A stretch of 64,000 nt of DNA from Anthoceros angustus (taxonomy: Eukaryota > Plantae > Anthocerotophyta): positions 434,001-498,000 of the forward strand of contig MU008179.1 of NCBI GenBank assembly GCA_010909165.1, written 5' to 3'. Shown in pieces: positions 52,101 through 64,000 of this stretch. How positions within the stretch are numbered: the stretch's first letter is position 1; each line of letters opens with the position of its first letter. A model generated the notes under the pieces. It saw nothing but the letters and a program-made list of their open reading frames with translations, was not told the DNA's origin and did no database searches. The translations under genes were made by a program, and so were the position numbers.

Positions 52101-52927
52101 TTAAACTAGCACGAGTGACTAGTCGACTCCCCACCTATAAAAGGGAGGGTGGAAGAATGAATAAACACCGACCTTGCTTTGTCATGCATTCTTCGCCTCC
52201 GGCGCATCCCTTTGTGTGTGTGTAGCTGACCGCCGCCGCCGACGAAGGCGAAGGGGTTCTCGAGGCCCTCGCGGGTTCGCTCAACGCAGCTCCTCCTCTC
52301 GTGAAAGATTGTTGTTGGATGTGCTTTGTGTTGCCGGTTGGCCTCTGTGGGATCGGGCGCGACCACGCCGCTGTGTTCGTGCACAAAGAATCGCCCGAGA
52401 GAAATACCCAGCTAGTCGCCACCCCAGGCAGTTGTGCCGCAAGGGAGGCGTGCAAACTGGCGAACGTTACGAGTAGAGTTAGATTTGGGGATCGAATGAA
52501 GTGAGCTTGAATGGGATTGTCCGTGAGTTATGTTTCTGTTGAGGAGGGTGAAGGGGTTGGTTATGGGTGTGTCGTTGTAGAGTAAATTGATCGTTGTAGT
52601 TGGCATAGGAGAGTGTTGAGAAGTAAGGAATCCTGGAAGGCGTGGAGCGCGCCAGGCCGATAACCCAAAACGCAACACCGCTTGTTGCCCATACCGAGGA
52701 CAAGTAGACCAAGTGAGGATGAGAGCGAGAGAGTGAGGAACGACGCAAACAATCCGAACCAAATCTCTTGGGATCGAACCTCGTGTTCAACGACCATGGG
52801 ATAAGTGTGGCACTCGAGGCGAGCTCGGGTGGGCTAACCTACCACAAAGGTGACGAAAAAGCGCAAAGTCGAGGTCACAATCAAAAAGGCGATAGTTGAG
52901 GCGATAAGCGGGTCGGAGGTGTCGAAA

Positions 52928-52999
52928 GAAGAAGAAGAAGAAGAAGAAGAAGAAGAAGAAGAAGAAGAAGAAGAAGAAGAAGAAGAAGAAGAAGAAGAA
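52928..52999 (+). repeat. (GAA)24 microsatellite
   Basis: Perfect GAA run, counted directly. Confidence 0.98.
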
Positions 53000-54080
53000 G
53001 CAGGCGGACTAATGTTAGACCTGACTCTCCCTCTTTCAGGCCTGGAGGATCCTCTCTTCTGGTGGGATGGAAGGCCTTAATTTTGCTTCCGTCACCTTGT
53101 TGGGTAGCCAACAGTATGTATTGTTTATGGAAGTGTCTCCGGGACTCGGGAGGTGTGCCCGGTCTATCTAGGGCGCACAACCGATTTTGTGAAGGCTTCT
53201 CATAGCCTAGAGTGGCTCTCCCAGGCAAGAAATGAGGCAGGCTTCCGCCCGCCGAGGAGGTAGGTCTGTTGGGGTGCTAGTCAAGCGTGTGTTGCCATAG
53301 TAGCTGAGAATCTCTGTCACCTCACAGCGCCTAACGCCTCCGGAGAAGGCCGCCGCCCGCGTGAACCCATGCGGGCCCTATCTCCATCGTGCCCACACAT
53401 TTGTAACCAATCCGGCAGCAGGGCACTTGTGGCTGCCAGCATTGTAAGTTATCAAATTTGCAGGTGTTTGATGAAATGGCAGGTGTAAATGCTATCGAGG
53501 GCGCTCATGAGTCACCTGGCACCACTCTTATGATCTAACCGACAGTTTTTCCACGTGCTACGCCTGCCTCCAAGGTGGTTGGTGTAGCATAGTGCTTCTT
53601 AGCTCTTCATAAAAGATGAAGTTGAGCTTTCTGACTCTTCAAAAAAGGCGAAGTTGAGCTTTCTGGCTCGGCCTGCCACACAGACAGAGAAAGGCAAAGT
53701 TGAGCCGTATTTGACCTAGGTACCATATATAGCTCTGTTAATGAATGGGATGTAAATGAATGAATTAAGGAGGCAGAGCCTAAACGTGAGGAGCTTTGAA
53801 ATTATTGGTTCCCCCGAGCCTGTTGCATTCCGATTGGAGGATTAGGAAGGGGCAAAAGCGGCAAGCAGGAAGCCCGGGCGCAAGGCGAGCATGGCTGCAG
53901 ATGAGATATTTTGATGCGTGGAAAGCGAGGATCAGATACACGCAAGGAAAGTGCACACTGCGCAGGCTCGTCAGCGAGCGGACTGGTACAAATAGCGGGC
54001 GGTTGGGCACTGCATTCCAACGATTTCATCCATCAATTTCAGCGCTTCCCGGGTCTCCGAGTCGTCGTGCGAATCGAGCC

Positions 54081-54724
54081 ATGGCAGCATCCCAGCTCCT
54101 GTTCCTGGCCGTGGCCATGGCGGCAGCAGCCCTGGTTGCAGGCGACGCGGAAGTGGTGGTGGATTTCTGCGTGACGGACCCGGCGCCCGGCAACTCCATC
54201 CGACCCACCGGAAGCCCCTGCAAGGCTCTGGCCGACGTCAAGTCCTCCGACTTCAAGTTCACGCTGGTGCCGGGCGCCCCGGGCGGCCGCCTCAACTTCG
54301 GCGTCGCGGTGGGCTTCGCCGACCAGTGGGGCGGGCTCAACGGCCTGCAGGTTGCCATCGCGAGGCTGGATTTCGGAAAGGGCGGCCAGATCCTCCCCAC
54401 CACCACCCGCGCGCCACCGAGATCTTCTACGTGGTGAAGGGCAAGGTGCTGAACGGCTTCATCGACTCCGCCGGCACCCTGTACGAGGAGGTGTTGAGCG
54501 CGGGCCAGGCCTTCGTCTTCCCAGAGGCCTCATCCACTACCAGCAGAACGTGGGCAAGGGCCCCGCCTACGGCATCTCCTCCTTCAACAGCCAGAGCCCC
54601 GGCCTGCAGCTCACATTCAACGCCGTCCTCGAATCCAACCCCTCATTTCCTCCAAGGATCTCGCCCAAACTCTCAACGTCAAGAAGAGCGAGGTCGACTC
54701 CTGCGCAAGGCCTTTGGAGCCTAA
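54081..54724 (+). CDS. Germin-like protein (cupin_1), intronless, secreted; about four 1-bp frameshifts as assembled
   Basis: Signal peptide MAASQLLFLAVAMAAAALVAG, box A DFCV.D, box B GGQI.PHHHPRATEI, box C FP.GLIHYQQNVG, stop TAA at 54722-54724. Confidence 0.92.
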
Positions 54725-55779
54725 TCGTTCAGCACCTGTCCGCCTCCGGATCCGGAGCTTCCTCGTTCAGGTCCCCTAGTGTGTCCCCAGTTGTTCCCAG
54801 TCCTAGTCCAGTCCGGTGACACCAGTGATAGGGATATGTAAGCAAGCGCACCGATTAATGCTCGCTGCGGATTTGATCTTTTGCTTTTCCTTGGGGAGAC
54901 AGTCACGGCCCAGGCCTGGCTGTGCCAGTGGTAGCCATCTCCTCAACGTTTTACATTTTATCACATGACCTTGTGTGAGCACACGTCCCTCTCGGCAACC
55001 CAGTGCCGTACACTCTACGCCCATGAGTTTACTCGTAAACCCTTGGCCTGCATGTGTGCTTTGTGGTGCTAGGTGCGCAAGCTAGTGTTCCATCGTTGTT
55101 CAGCAGACGACTGAATCAGGAACAATGTTCTCGAAACCGGAAGATCAGCAGCCGCATACGCCCGCACCATGCTTCCGGATATGGAACAAGGGTTGAGAGA
55201 TGCAGGTTGTGCGATAAAGGACTTCAGCTACGTCCGAATATCGGAAGGACAACGTACCACACCTCCCACGTGCGCCATGTCTCCGAGTCCCGAACAATAT
55301 TCGCAAGATCCGTTTTGGTCTTGCACCGTGTCCCGACGCCATCCTTCAGACAATCCCGTTTGGAAGGGGCTTCCTTGGTCAGGAACCAGACCTGTTCGCC
55401 CATAATATGGTTTAAAGCCTTTTGACCCATAATATGTTCTGCGCCTCTCCCAAGGTGGCTCCTGCAGCAAAGTGCACTTTGCCTCGGCTCACAACTGCAT
55501 TGAAGGCTGTCAATATTAAAATATTGAAGGCTGTCAATATTAAAATGATGTACGCAGGCATGATGTAGGTATCAGGGAGGCAGATATGCCTGCAATGCAT
55601 GTCAGTGGCCGCAGATTGGTGAACTTGTTGGTTAGCCCTGAAAGCTGCAAGCAGAACAAGGAGAAGGTATGTGGGCAAGGGCCCCGTGGCCAGAACTTGG
55701 GCGGGCCCCTTGCCCAGCCAGATTGAATAAAAGTCTTCTCAGCTTATCTGCATACTCAAAGGCCCCAGCAAAGCTGCAA

Positions 55780-56313
55780 TTGCAAGCAGGAAGCCCGGGC
55801 GCAAAGCGAGCATGGCTGCATATGAGATATTTTGTTGCGTGGAAAGCGAGAGTCAGATACACGTAGGGAAAGTCCTCTTCAAAGCTGCAATTGCCTTGCA
55901 AGCAGGAAGCCCGGGCGCAAAGCGAGCATGGCGGCCCATGGGATTACATGATTTGATGCGTGGAATTTGAAAGCATGGGTCAGATACATGGAGGGTCGAG
56001 ACTCAAAGTATTGGAATAGAACATCCTAGATAGATGGGCACATCCCAGATGTGAACAGTCACGCCCTTTCGGGGTGACTACAAAAGGCACAACGTACCCA
56101 AGGCATTGACTCTTTCCTAATCATTCTTCCTTCTCCTCCATCCCTCTCCACATACGCATAGATTGATCTGCCTGATTTCCTATACAAAGCGCACATGAAC
56201 ATTGCACACTGCACAGGCTCGTAAGCCAACGAACTGGTACAAAAAGCGGGCCGTTGGTCACTGCATTCCAGGTATCCAGCCACGTCATCTCCTCTCGTCG
56301 TCTGGATCGAGCC
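55780..56313 (+). promoter_or_regulatory. Duplicated germin upstream region
   Basis: gcaagcaggaagcccgggcgcaa.gcgagcatgg at ~53860, ~55785 and ~55900. 56200-56270 matches 53945-54020, including the TATA-like tacaaa(t/a)agcggg. Confidence 0.75.
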
Positions 56314-56501
56314 ATGGCCGCATCCCGGCTCCTGCAGCGGCGACGGTCGCAGGCGACGCGGAACTGGCGCTGGACTTCTGCGTAACGGACCCGCCGTCCG
56401 GCAACTCCATCCGGCCCACCGGAGGCGCCTGCACCATGGCCGCATCCCGGCTCCTGTTCCTGGCCCTGGCCATGGCAGCAGCGGCCATGCTCCCAGGCGA
56501 C
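56314..56501 (+). pseudogene. Two tandem germin 5' fragments (56314-56432; 56436-56501)
   Basis: AGDAELALDFCVTDPPSGNSIRPTG and MAASRLLFLALAMAAAAMLPGD are paralogous to the 54081 N-terminus. Confidence 0.9.
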
Positions 56502-56531
56502 TTTCTGCTCATTATACTCCTTCCACCGCAG

Positions 56532-58818
56532 GCTGTCAAGTTCAAGGCTTTTCAAAAGTTTGCAAATACGCTAATACGGCGGAAGCACTTGCGGCAGCCA
56601 CCGCTATTGTGGACGGCAAGGTATCCAAGGGTCTCAAAGTTTTTGAAGAAGGAAGTGCGAGGGGCACACTCGCTACTGCCGATTCAAGACTGGCCAAAAT
56701 CGTCAGCGATAAATTTGTAAAGATAATTGGCATTCTCGCGTCAGTTGATTCACTGGAGTCCCAGTGACAACATGGTCATAATCTTCAGGACGTGCTTTCT
56801 GGTTTGACTGTCACACAACACCAATTGTATATATAACAGCGCAGTCATGGACCTCATGAGAGGAGTCCGCTCACAGCTAGCTGCGCTCATTAGTGGACTT
56901 GCAGGACAACACATGGGTGCCATGAGTCTTGGGCTCTCGCACAGCCTGTCCAGATACGAACTCAAATTTAGTCCTGATAAGGTGCGGACCTGGGATGACC
57001 TTGTAGCGATTAGGTGGAGTTGGAATGCCAGGATCGGGTTTCCTTGTTAATTATTCTGTCTTTTCTGATGTTTCTTGCTCGTTTAAGAATAGCGTCCAAG
57101 CTGAGTTCTCTTTGTTGTTTTGGTCATGGCGTTTCAGGTGGACACCATGATTGTCCAGGCTATTGGGCTTCTAGATGATTTGGATAAGGAATTGAATACA
57201 TATGCTATGCGTGTTCGGGAATGGTATGGGTGGCACTTTCCAGAGCTGGGAAACATTGTTCAGGACAGCATTAAGTACGCAAAAGTAGTGAACTTGATGG
57301 GCAGTAGAGAGTGTGGGCGAAATCGACGTCTCCGGAGTAAGAACTTGCCCTGCTGCATTGCATGCACTTGGTCTTGGTTGCTGGTCAGTTGACGTTGATT
57401 CAGCGCATGATGATGTGCTTGCTTTGCAGATTTTAGAGGAGGAGGTTGAGGCGGAAATGAAGGAAGCTGCTAACGTCTCCATGGGCACAGCAGTTAGTCA
57501 GCACGATATGTTAAATATCAAAGCTCTTTGTGACCAAGTCATAGCCCTTGCAGAATACTGAGGCCAGTTATATGATTATCTGCGAACCAGAATGATTACC
57601 ATTGCACCCAATCTAACTACAATGGTGGGAGAGCTTGTTGGTGCCCAGTTGATCGCACATGCTGGGAGTCTTATCAACCTTGCCAAGCAACCAGCCAGTA
57701 CTGTGCAGATCTTGGGTGCGGAAAAGGCGTGTCGCTGGTCTTGCAGTTGTGTCTGGCGGCCAAGGAGATGTGTGAGGGTGCGGTGAAGGCTTTGCAGAGG
57801 TGGCGCGGCTGACTGATGAGGCGGAGAGGAGCAGGTCGGAGATGGAGGAAAGGGATAGAGCTCGCTGGTCTGCTGAACAGAAGTCTGAAATGGCGGGGCA
57901 GGTGCGGGAGCAAGGGCACCGTGAGTCCGTCGCTGAGCAGCAGGTGCTTGTTATGAGTAGGAAGGTTGACAGCTGGTCTGCTGCTGTTTTGTGGTTATTT
58001 GGTTTTACGTCTTGACTTATGCTTGTGCCATCTGTGATGCAGGCTCTCTTCAGGGCTCTGAAGACAAAGCATGAGACTCCAAAATATGGATTGATCTTTC
58101 ATGCTTCACTCATTGGGCAGGCTCCCCGAAATTCGAAGGAAAATTGCTCGCGTTCTTGCTGCCAAATCTGCCCTGTCAACCCGTGTTGATGCTTTGGGAG
58201 ATGATTCGAACTGCAGTATCGGTCTTGAAGATAGGCTGAAGGTTTGTGCTTTTCTTACTGCAGCTGTGTCTGGATGAGAGTGGCTTGCGAGGTTCACAGT
58301 TCATCCGTGGAACTTGCATTAGGGTCCCGACGTTGTGACGTGTATTTTTATCATGTCTGATATCAGGTGGAGGCCCGCCTAAGGAGTTTAGAGGAGAGCC
58401 CTGAAAAGTTAAGTGGGGCCTCTAAGGGAATGCTAAGATTGAGGCATATGACAAGGACCGAAAGAAGGATGCTCCGGGCCTGATAACCGCTGCCAAGGTA
58501 TATCTGTCTTTTGAGCTCTCCTCTGCATGTTGAGAGAAATCAGAAGGAAAAGCCTGTTCTTTTAGTTGGGAGCTGCTGGGCCCCTATTGCTGTGATCTTC
58601 ATGTGGGTTACCTACCTACCAGTGATGTCACCTAGGTGTTGTACCAGTGAGTGCAACTTTGTTGTGGCATGGCTAACCTAAGATTATGGTTTTCTTCAGT
58701 CATACAGCCAGCAGCCGACTCCACTGTGGGGCTGCCGCAGCCTGCGGAGACAGCAAGTGGTCAAGAAAAGAAGAAGAAGAAGAAGCGTGAGCCCGAAGAA
58801 CCAGCAGCAGCGCCAGTG
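56532..58818 (+). pseudogene. NOP58: NOP58/NOP5 (box C/D snoRNP) copy lacking its first exon; interrupted by Copia in the last exon
   Basis: Exons ~56532-56716, ~56818-56981, 57138-57336, 57430-57726, 58043-58241, 58367-58497 and 58700-58818. Motifs [80 protein letters not shown]. In-frame TGA at 57559-57561. Confidence 0.92.
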
Positions 58819-60190
58819 TGTGAAAGTGATTACTTTGTGAAGCTCGTTACTCTGAATCGGTTTCATGCTAAGGGACACATTGTGAACAGACACGCCTCTT
58901 CGTTGTACAGACTTGTTAAATGCCTTTCACAGGCTCATAAACACACATGCTTTGCTTTTCTCTCCTCGTGTATGTGTGTCTGGTCTGATCGCTTTGGTTC
59001 ATGGTATCAGAGCATGGACAAACTGGACAGACTCTGACTCTGTGCCAGTAACATAAGATTTCAATGGATAGATCACAAAATTCTGTCCGGAATGTTCTGA
59101 GAAATTCAGACATTCTTCTCAACATAGAAATGGAAATTCAGACATTCTGATCAACATTGATCATAAACCTCCACACTGAAACATCTTGGTAATCTAGCCC
59201 AATGGGTACTCAAACACAGCCCGTTTCTAGAGCATATCAGATTGATAAGCTCACCAGTGTCAATTATCACACATGGGCTGCCAGGCTAGAAATGCTCTTA
59301 TTAAGAAATTCACTATGGTCTGTAGTATCAGGCTCTGAAGCAGCCAGCAGCAGGTCATGCTGACCTACCTTTGGCAACTCAAAGATGCACAAGCCCGCTC
59401 CGACATACCCTGCATGTAGGAGCAGATTAATTCCCATAATCAAGAGACTAACAACGTCCAAAGAGATGTGGGACAAATTAAAATCTACCTATGTAGAAAG
59501 CAGCATGGCCTTTAAGTTGCACGCCCAGGAACAATTATCATCCCTAAATTAGCGAAGGAACTCAGTCCTAGATTTTCTCGAGGCATGGCAAGGGTCTTTA
59601 GATTCTTGCATATCCTCGGTCTAACACTAGATGATGAAACACAAGTGATGCACCTTTTGAGAGCATTACCTCCTTCGTGGGAAACTTCATCACTTCACGA
59701 CCAGAGTGTAACAGCAAATAATACATTAACCTTAACTACACTCATCAGCAGGATCATGCATGAGGCTAGGCTGAGACAAGGTAACTCTATTCCGCACTGG
59801 AAATTCTACCGCTCTCTTTGCAAGTGGTAGGAAGCTGGAATCAAACTAGTAAACCCTCTTCTTCTCGGAGGAACTCACCGTCCTCCTCCTAATAATCCTG
59901 CGCATAAGAACAAGACATGTCACTATTGTCAAAAACTAGGTCACATAGCACCGAATGTAGGAAAAGAACGGACAAAGCTGGATTCACAACCCTAATTCAG
60001 ACCAGCCTCGATTAACACCGCATGTGGACAAGACCCTTCCCGTCTTCACCGCTCGCTGGAAACTTGGATTCTAAACATCCTTCTCAAGACTGGCTCCTTG
60101 ATGGAGCAACAGAGCATGTCACCTAGGAGGGATTGGTTTTTCCGATACCTCTTTGCTCCTCAACTGTCTACATGGGAGATAGCTCTCCAC
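58819..60190 (+). mobile_element. Ty1/Copia 5' part: LTR ~58819-59001, Met PBS, gag, zinc knuckle, protease
   Basis: TGTGAAAG start, PBS TGGTATCAGAGC at 59002, NYHTWAARLEMLL, QVMHLLRALPPSW, CHYCQKLGHIA (~59918), protease-like MSPRRDWF. Confidence 0.88.
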
Positions 60191-60289
60191 ATGGGCCGTG
60201 GAGGTCCCGAGGCGGTTACAACTACCCATGGAGGAAGTAGGAGGAGTAATAGGAACCCCGAAGGTGAAGGAAGGTGGAAGCGGCGGGCG

Positions 60290-62688
60290 GCCCTTTGCGA
60301 GAACGCAGCGTCCTCCAACGGATGGTCGATGTCGGACCTCCTGATGCGGAGGAATGCGTTCGATGCGAAGATTATCGTCCACTGGAACATGCTCACCAAG
60401 GTGGATCACCTTGGGGATAATCTGCTAGTGTTCCTCCACGACCTACGGAAAGCCGGCCCAGGGCGGATAATCTTCGCCCGGCCGGGCCAGAAGCTCGCGT
60501 GAGGTGCGAGAAGCCACCTCCGTCGGCGTTATCGCCGTTTTTGATTCATGTGTGGGGGCACGCGAACCTCCTGAAGGAGGGTGAAGAGGAACGAGCACTC
60601 CGGAAAGGGCTGGCCGCTCTACCGGAGGCAGAGGGAAGAGCGCAGGAGGCGGAGGCCCGCCCAGTCCGGAGTAAGAGGGTCCGGGAGGAGGGGCATGGAG
60701 AATTCCAGACTCCATACGTCTGAGCGGACCTCGCCACCGAGGGAAGTGTGGAAGACATCCCCGCTTCCTCCTCCTGGCCCCCCCCGGGCGGTCAGCCTTG
60801 AGGAAGGAGCGGCCAGCGAGTTGGCGGTTCCAGCGGCGTGAGCAACCAACAACAGTACTGGTCCCACGGACTCGGCGGGAACCAAAGAGGCGGAAGACGG
60901 TGCTACCCATCAACGCAGCACCCAGGACGGCGCCCGTGCCCTTGCCTCTGCCAACGGAGTGGCAAGAAGTGGAGGAGGCAGTGCAAAGGGCGGAGAGGGA
61001 CGCTGCCCAAGGAGCGGGAGGCCATGGGCAGCAGCCCCACCCGGAGCCTGTCCTGTCTCCGACCGGGAGAGGCAAAAGGGCCAGCTCCCGGACCCCTTCA
61101 CCACCTCCGAGTCCCAGGAGGAAAAGGGCGGAGAAGGAGTTAGTGGCCAAGAGGGCCAAGGAAGGTGAGGCTCCGGACCTCAGCACTCAGGACCTAAGGG
61201 TCCTGATTAGGTTCGGAGAGCCCAGTCTGGACTCGCTCCGGACTGCAGTATGGCGGTCTTTGACGGACCAGGAGATGCCCGCGCCCACAGCGGACTTTTG
61301 CATCTCTCCCGTGGTGGAAGAAGCAGTGTTAGCTACCGTCATGGACGGTATGCTTTGGGGCCTCAAGGGACAGAGAAGACCCAAGTAGAGGCCACCCGAG
61401 GAGGATGGTGGAACTTCATGGCGGTGGAGGCGGCCCAAGAGGCGGCAGGCGAGTCCTCGCCCAATCGAGGAGGGAAAGCCGGGAGGCGGAGCGAGAGGTC
61501 CGGATGGTCCTTCACAGGCGCGTCACTGAAGGCGCAGGAGGCCCACGACGAGCCGAGGACCTCTCTGCAAGCGGGAGGCGGAGGGAAGAGCGCAGAGGCG
61601 GAGGAGGGTCGTGGCGGTGCGCCGCGACTGGCCGTGGCTCGGCCTAGACCGGCCTGGCCGGCGAGGCTCGTGAAGGCGGCGGAGGCGGAGGCGCGGCAAA
61701 GGTCGGCCGGGATCTACCGACGTGATCGAACCGTGGAGAGAAGCGGCGGGCGGCTAACTAAAGGCGAGCAGTGGCGGCGGAACAAGCGGGCGAGCTGGAA
61801 GAGATGGAGGCCAGCACCCGGGAAATAGGGGACCTCCGGGTGCAGCAGGAAGTGGAGGAGCGGCGACAGGAGCTGGAGGACAGCAAGGACACCCTGGAGC
61901 TGCAACTCCAAGATGCGTCGGAGCAACATGGGATTCTCAATGGGAGAATCCAAGACTTCGAGCAGGAGATTGAGCGCCTCCAGCTTCGCCTGAAGACGGA
62001 GGAGAATAGGCGGCGATCCAAGGAATTGGACGTCGCCAGGCTGAAGAAGGAGCTGGAGGAAGCCAGGAGTCGGGCGGAGATACCGGCCCGCCTGGAGAAG
62101 GAAGTGGCGGACCTCCGGGTAAGGATGAACGGAGGGACGAGAGCGCTGGAGGAGGAGCAGAGGCTGCTTGTCCGATTGCGGGAAGCAGAGGGGGAGCTCA
62201 GCTCCATGGCCAGCAAGTTGGTGGAGCTGCAACGACGAAGGGAGGAGGAGCACGTCGAGCAGCAGCAAAGGCTGCAGGAGGTGTCGGAGGCCGCCTTGGC
62301 GGCATCAAGGGAGTCCGCCCGGCTTCAATTGGCAAGCCCGGGCGACGGAGACGCCAGTCGGCCGGGCAACACGCCCGGCCAAGCACCTCTAGAGGAGGGA
62401 GTACCGTGCTCCGGGCCCATGTGGAGGAGGCATTCAACAAGTCGACTCGACTTTGCCTACTACCACGCAGAGCTTCTCAAGGCATCGGAGGTGCCGCGCC
62501 ACCTCGGTGGGATTTCAGACGGGTCAGAAGGAGGAGCGAGGGAGGAAGGCCCCGGAGATAGCACGGCCACGTGGACCTTAGGAGCGCTGTTTGACGACGA
62601 CAGCAGCAGCGGCGAGGGGGAGCAGCTGGAGGAGCCGGACGTAGGGAAGGACCGTGCAGCCACCCGCGATTTTCCCCAAGGATACTGA
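60290..62688 (+). CDS. Retroelement-associated low-complexity/coiled-coil ORF (frameshifted; includes the 196-aa and 305-aa ORFs)
   Basis: 61771-62688 is E/R/L/Q-rich with heptad-like periodicity, and the overlapping upstream frames have a similar GC-rich composition. Resembles accessory ORFs of Tat/Athila-type Gypsy elements (inference). Confidence 0.5.
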
Positions 62689-62998
62689 GTGAAGTGTGAA
62701 TGGTGAGAGGAACGGACCAGAGGGACGAGAGACAAACCTGAATGACACAGACGCGAATGAGTCCTTAAACGTTTGGCCACGCCGGGCCTGTCCGGTGAAT
62801 GTTACGGGTAGTTAGTCGTAAAACGAGGAATGTGTGTGTGGGGTTTAAAACGGGCGCTATGTGAGGTGAGAAACGATTGAAACGTGGCCAACGGAGCCTA
62901 TCATTCTCTTGGGAACGGACCTCCTTACTACAACGACACGGGATTGTGGCGCCTGGCCGTGAAAAGTCGCGCCACAACGACCAAAATCACAAGTACTC

Positions 62999-63254
62999 TG
63001 ATGAGAATCAATAGCTCTTAGATAGAAGAGAAACAATGGAATGAATTGATTAATGAGTAAAGTACAAGCCTTTAAATAGGCTGGGTGGTTGGTGGTTACA
63101 ACAATATGTTGTTGTAACCATAAGTAGTTGCAACCATAAGTTGTTGCAACTATAAGTTGTTGTAACAACTAACTACCTAAAGCCCTAGCTCTAAATTAAT
63201 GTTTAAGTAATGAGGCCCTAATGAATAGTGCCCTAAGCTAGACCTATTTCATCA
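62999..63254 (-). mobile_element. 3' LTR (256 bp) of a minus-strand LTR retrotransposon whose body extends to the right
   Basis: Ends TGATGA...TCATCA, minus-strand TATA CCTATTTAAA (~63075), adjacent PPT AGTGGGAG (63255-63262) and a second one at ~63320. Confidence 0.7.
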
Positions 63255-64000
63255 CTCCCACTCACTATGAATGTAGGGGTGAATTCTAGCTTCAAAATGA
63301 GGTCTAAATCATAGATAGACTCCCACTTAATCAAAAGTTATAAGCCTAAGAAAAAGTCAAACTTAAGCTTATTGATGAATAATAAGCCTGAAATAGAAAA
63401 CTTAATATGTCCACCAAAATATTCACCAGAATAAGGTTGACAAATAATAGCTCGAAATAGGCTTAAAAGAGAGGCCTAAAATAAATAAATAAATCAGGCG
63501 CGGGCCTGAAAATAAAAGGCTTTAAATGGATAAGCCCGATATGGGCTTATCCTAAATCAGCCCCGGCCACGCCGATGGCAGTGGCGTACGGCCGTTAAGG
63601 CCTTCCGCACCGGCCGCGGCACGGGGGTGTCGGGAGGATAGCCGTCATTGTCGGCTCTCCTCCTCCCCCCGGGCATCGCGCTCCGCGCACATCGAGCTTC
63701 TCGGCTGCTCGCGCCCATCGCGCTGGCGCCCGCCGCCGCGCTCGCGCGCGCTCGCCCGCGCTCCGCGCCGCTGCGCCGCGCTCAGCGCCCGCTGTTGTGG
63801 GCACTTGGCGCGCTCCCCGGGGGCAGCGTGGTCTTGTGGTCGCTCCCTCACATAAAAATGCGGATGGATTTGCGCTCCTTGATGTGAACCTGATGTTGCT
63901 CCGCCTCTGTTAATGCATGATTGTTCGTTGTTGCGATTGAGTATTGTTGCATTATAATATGGCCGCGCCTCATAACGGTGAGATTCCATGTCCATTTGCC

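Noticed and set aside
55499-55546. 24-bp exact tandem duplication attgaaggctgtcaatattaaaat
   Set aside because: Real, but a simple local slippage event with no further structure.
57810-57890. TGATGA...CTGA in a NOP58 intron suggesting a box C/D snoRNA
   Set aside because: I saw no terminal stem or rRNA-complementary guide. The segment is purine-rich and coding-like, so the boxes are plausibly chance.

Overview
Eukaryotic nuclear DNA. It is probably from a non-seed land plant, inferred from a GC-rich germin gene, a spliced NOP58 and the transposase families present. The window is a dense nest of degenerate transposons. It holds two near-tandem copies of a ~9.3 kb CACTA/En-Spm segment (1-9357 and ~12710-21968) with TnpD transposase remnants. 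The second copy lies in a possible 20.2 kb composite element (12604-32779) with CCCTA-type inverted ends and a TTG/TTG flank. That interval also contains a beta-class N4/N6 DNA amino-methyltransferase remnant (~22018-22900, minus), which is the most interesting feature here, and a nested 5.4 kb CACTA (24132-29563). Other contents: a non-canonical Cys-cluster/DDE transposase (~35300-38090), several Copia and Gypsy remnants, an AT-rich gene with many short introns (~45900-48000, minus), a germin-like protein gene (54081-54724), a 5'-truncated NOP58 copy fused behind duplicated germin promoter/signal-peptide fragments, and a second NOP58 tail remnant at ~10 kb. Many frameshifts are single-base losses in homopolymers, so some apparent pseudogenes may be assembly artefacts. 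I saw no rRNA, tRNA or CRISPR array. All domain calls are by-eye motif recognition, not database results.
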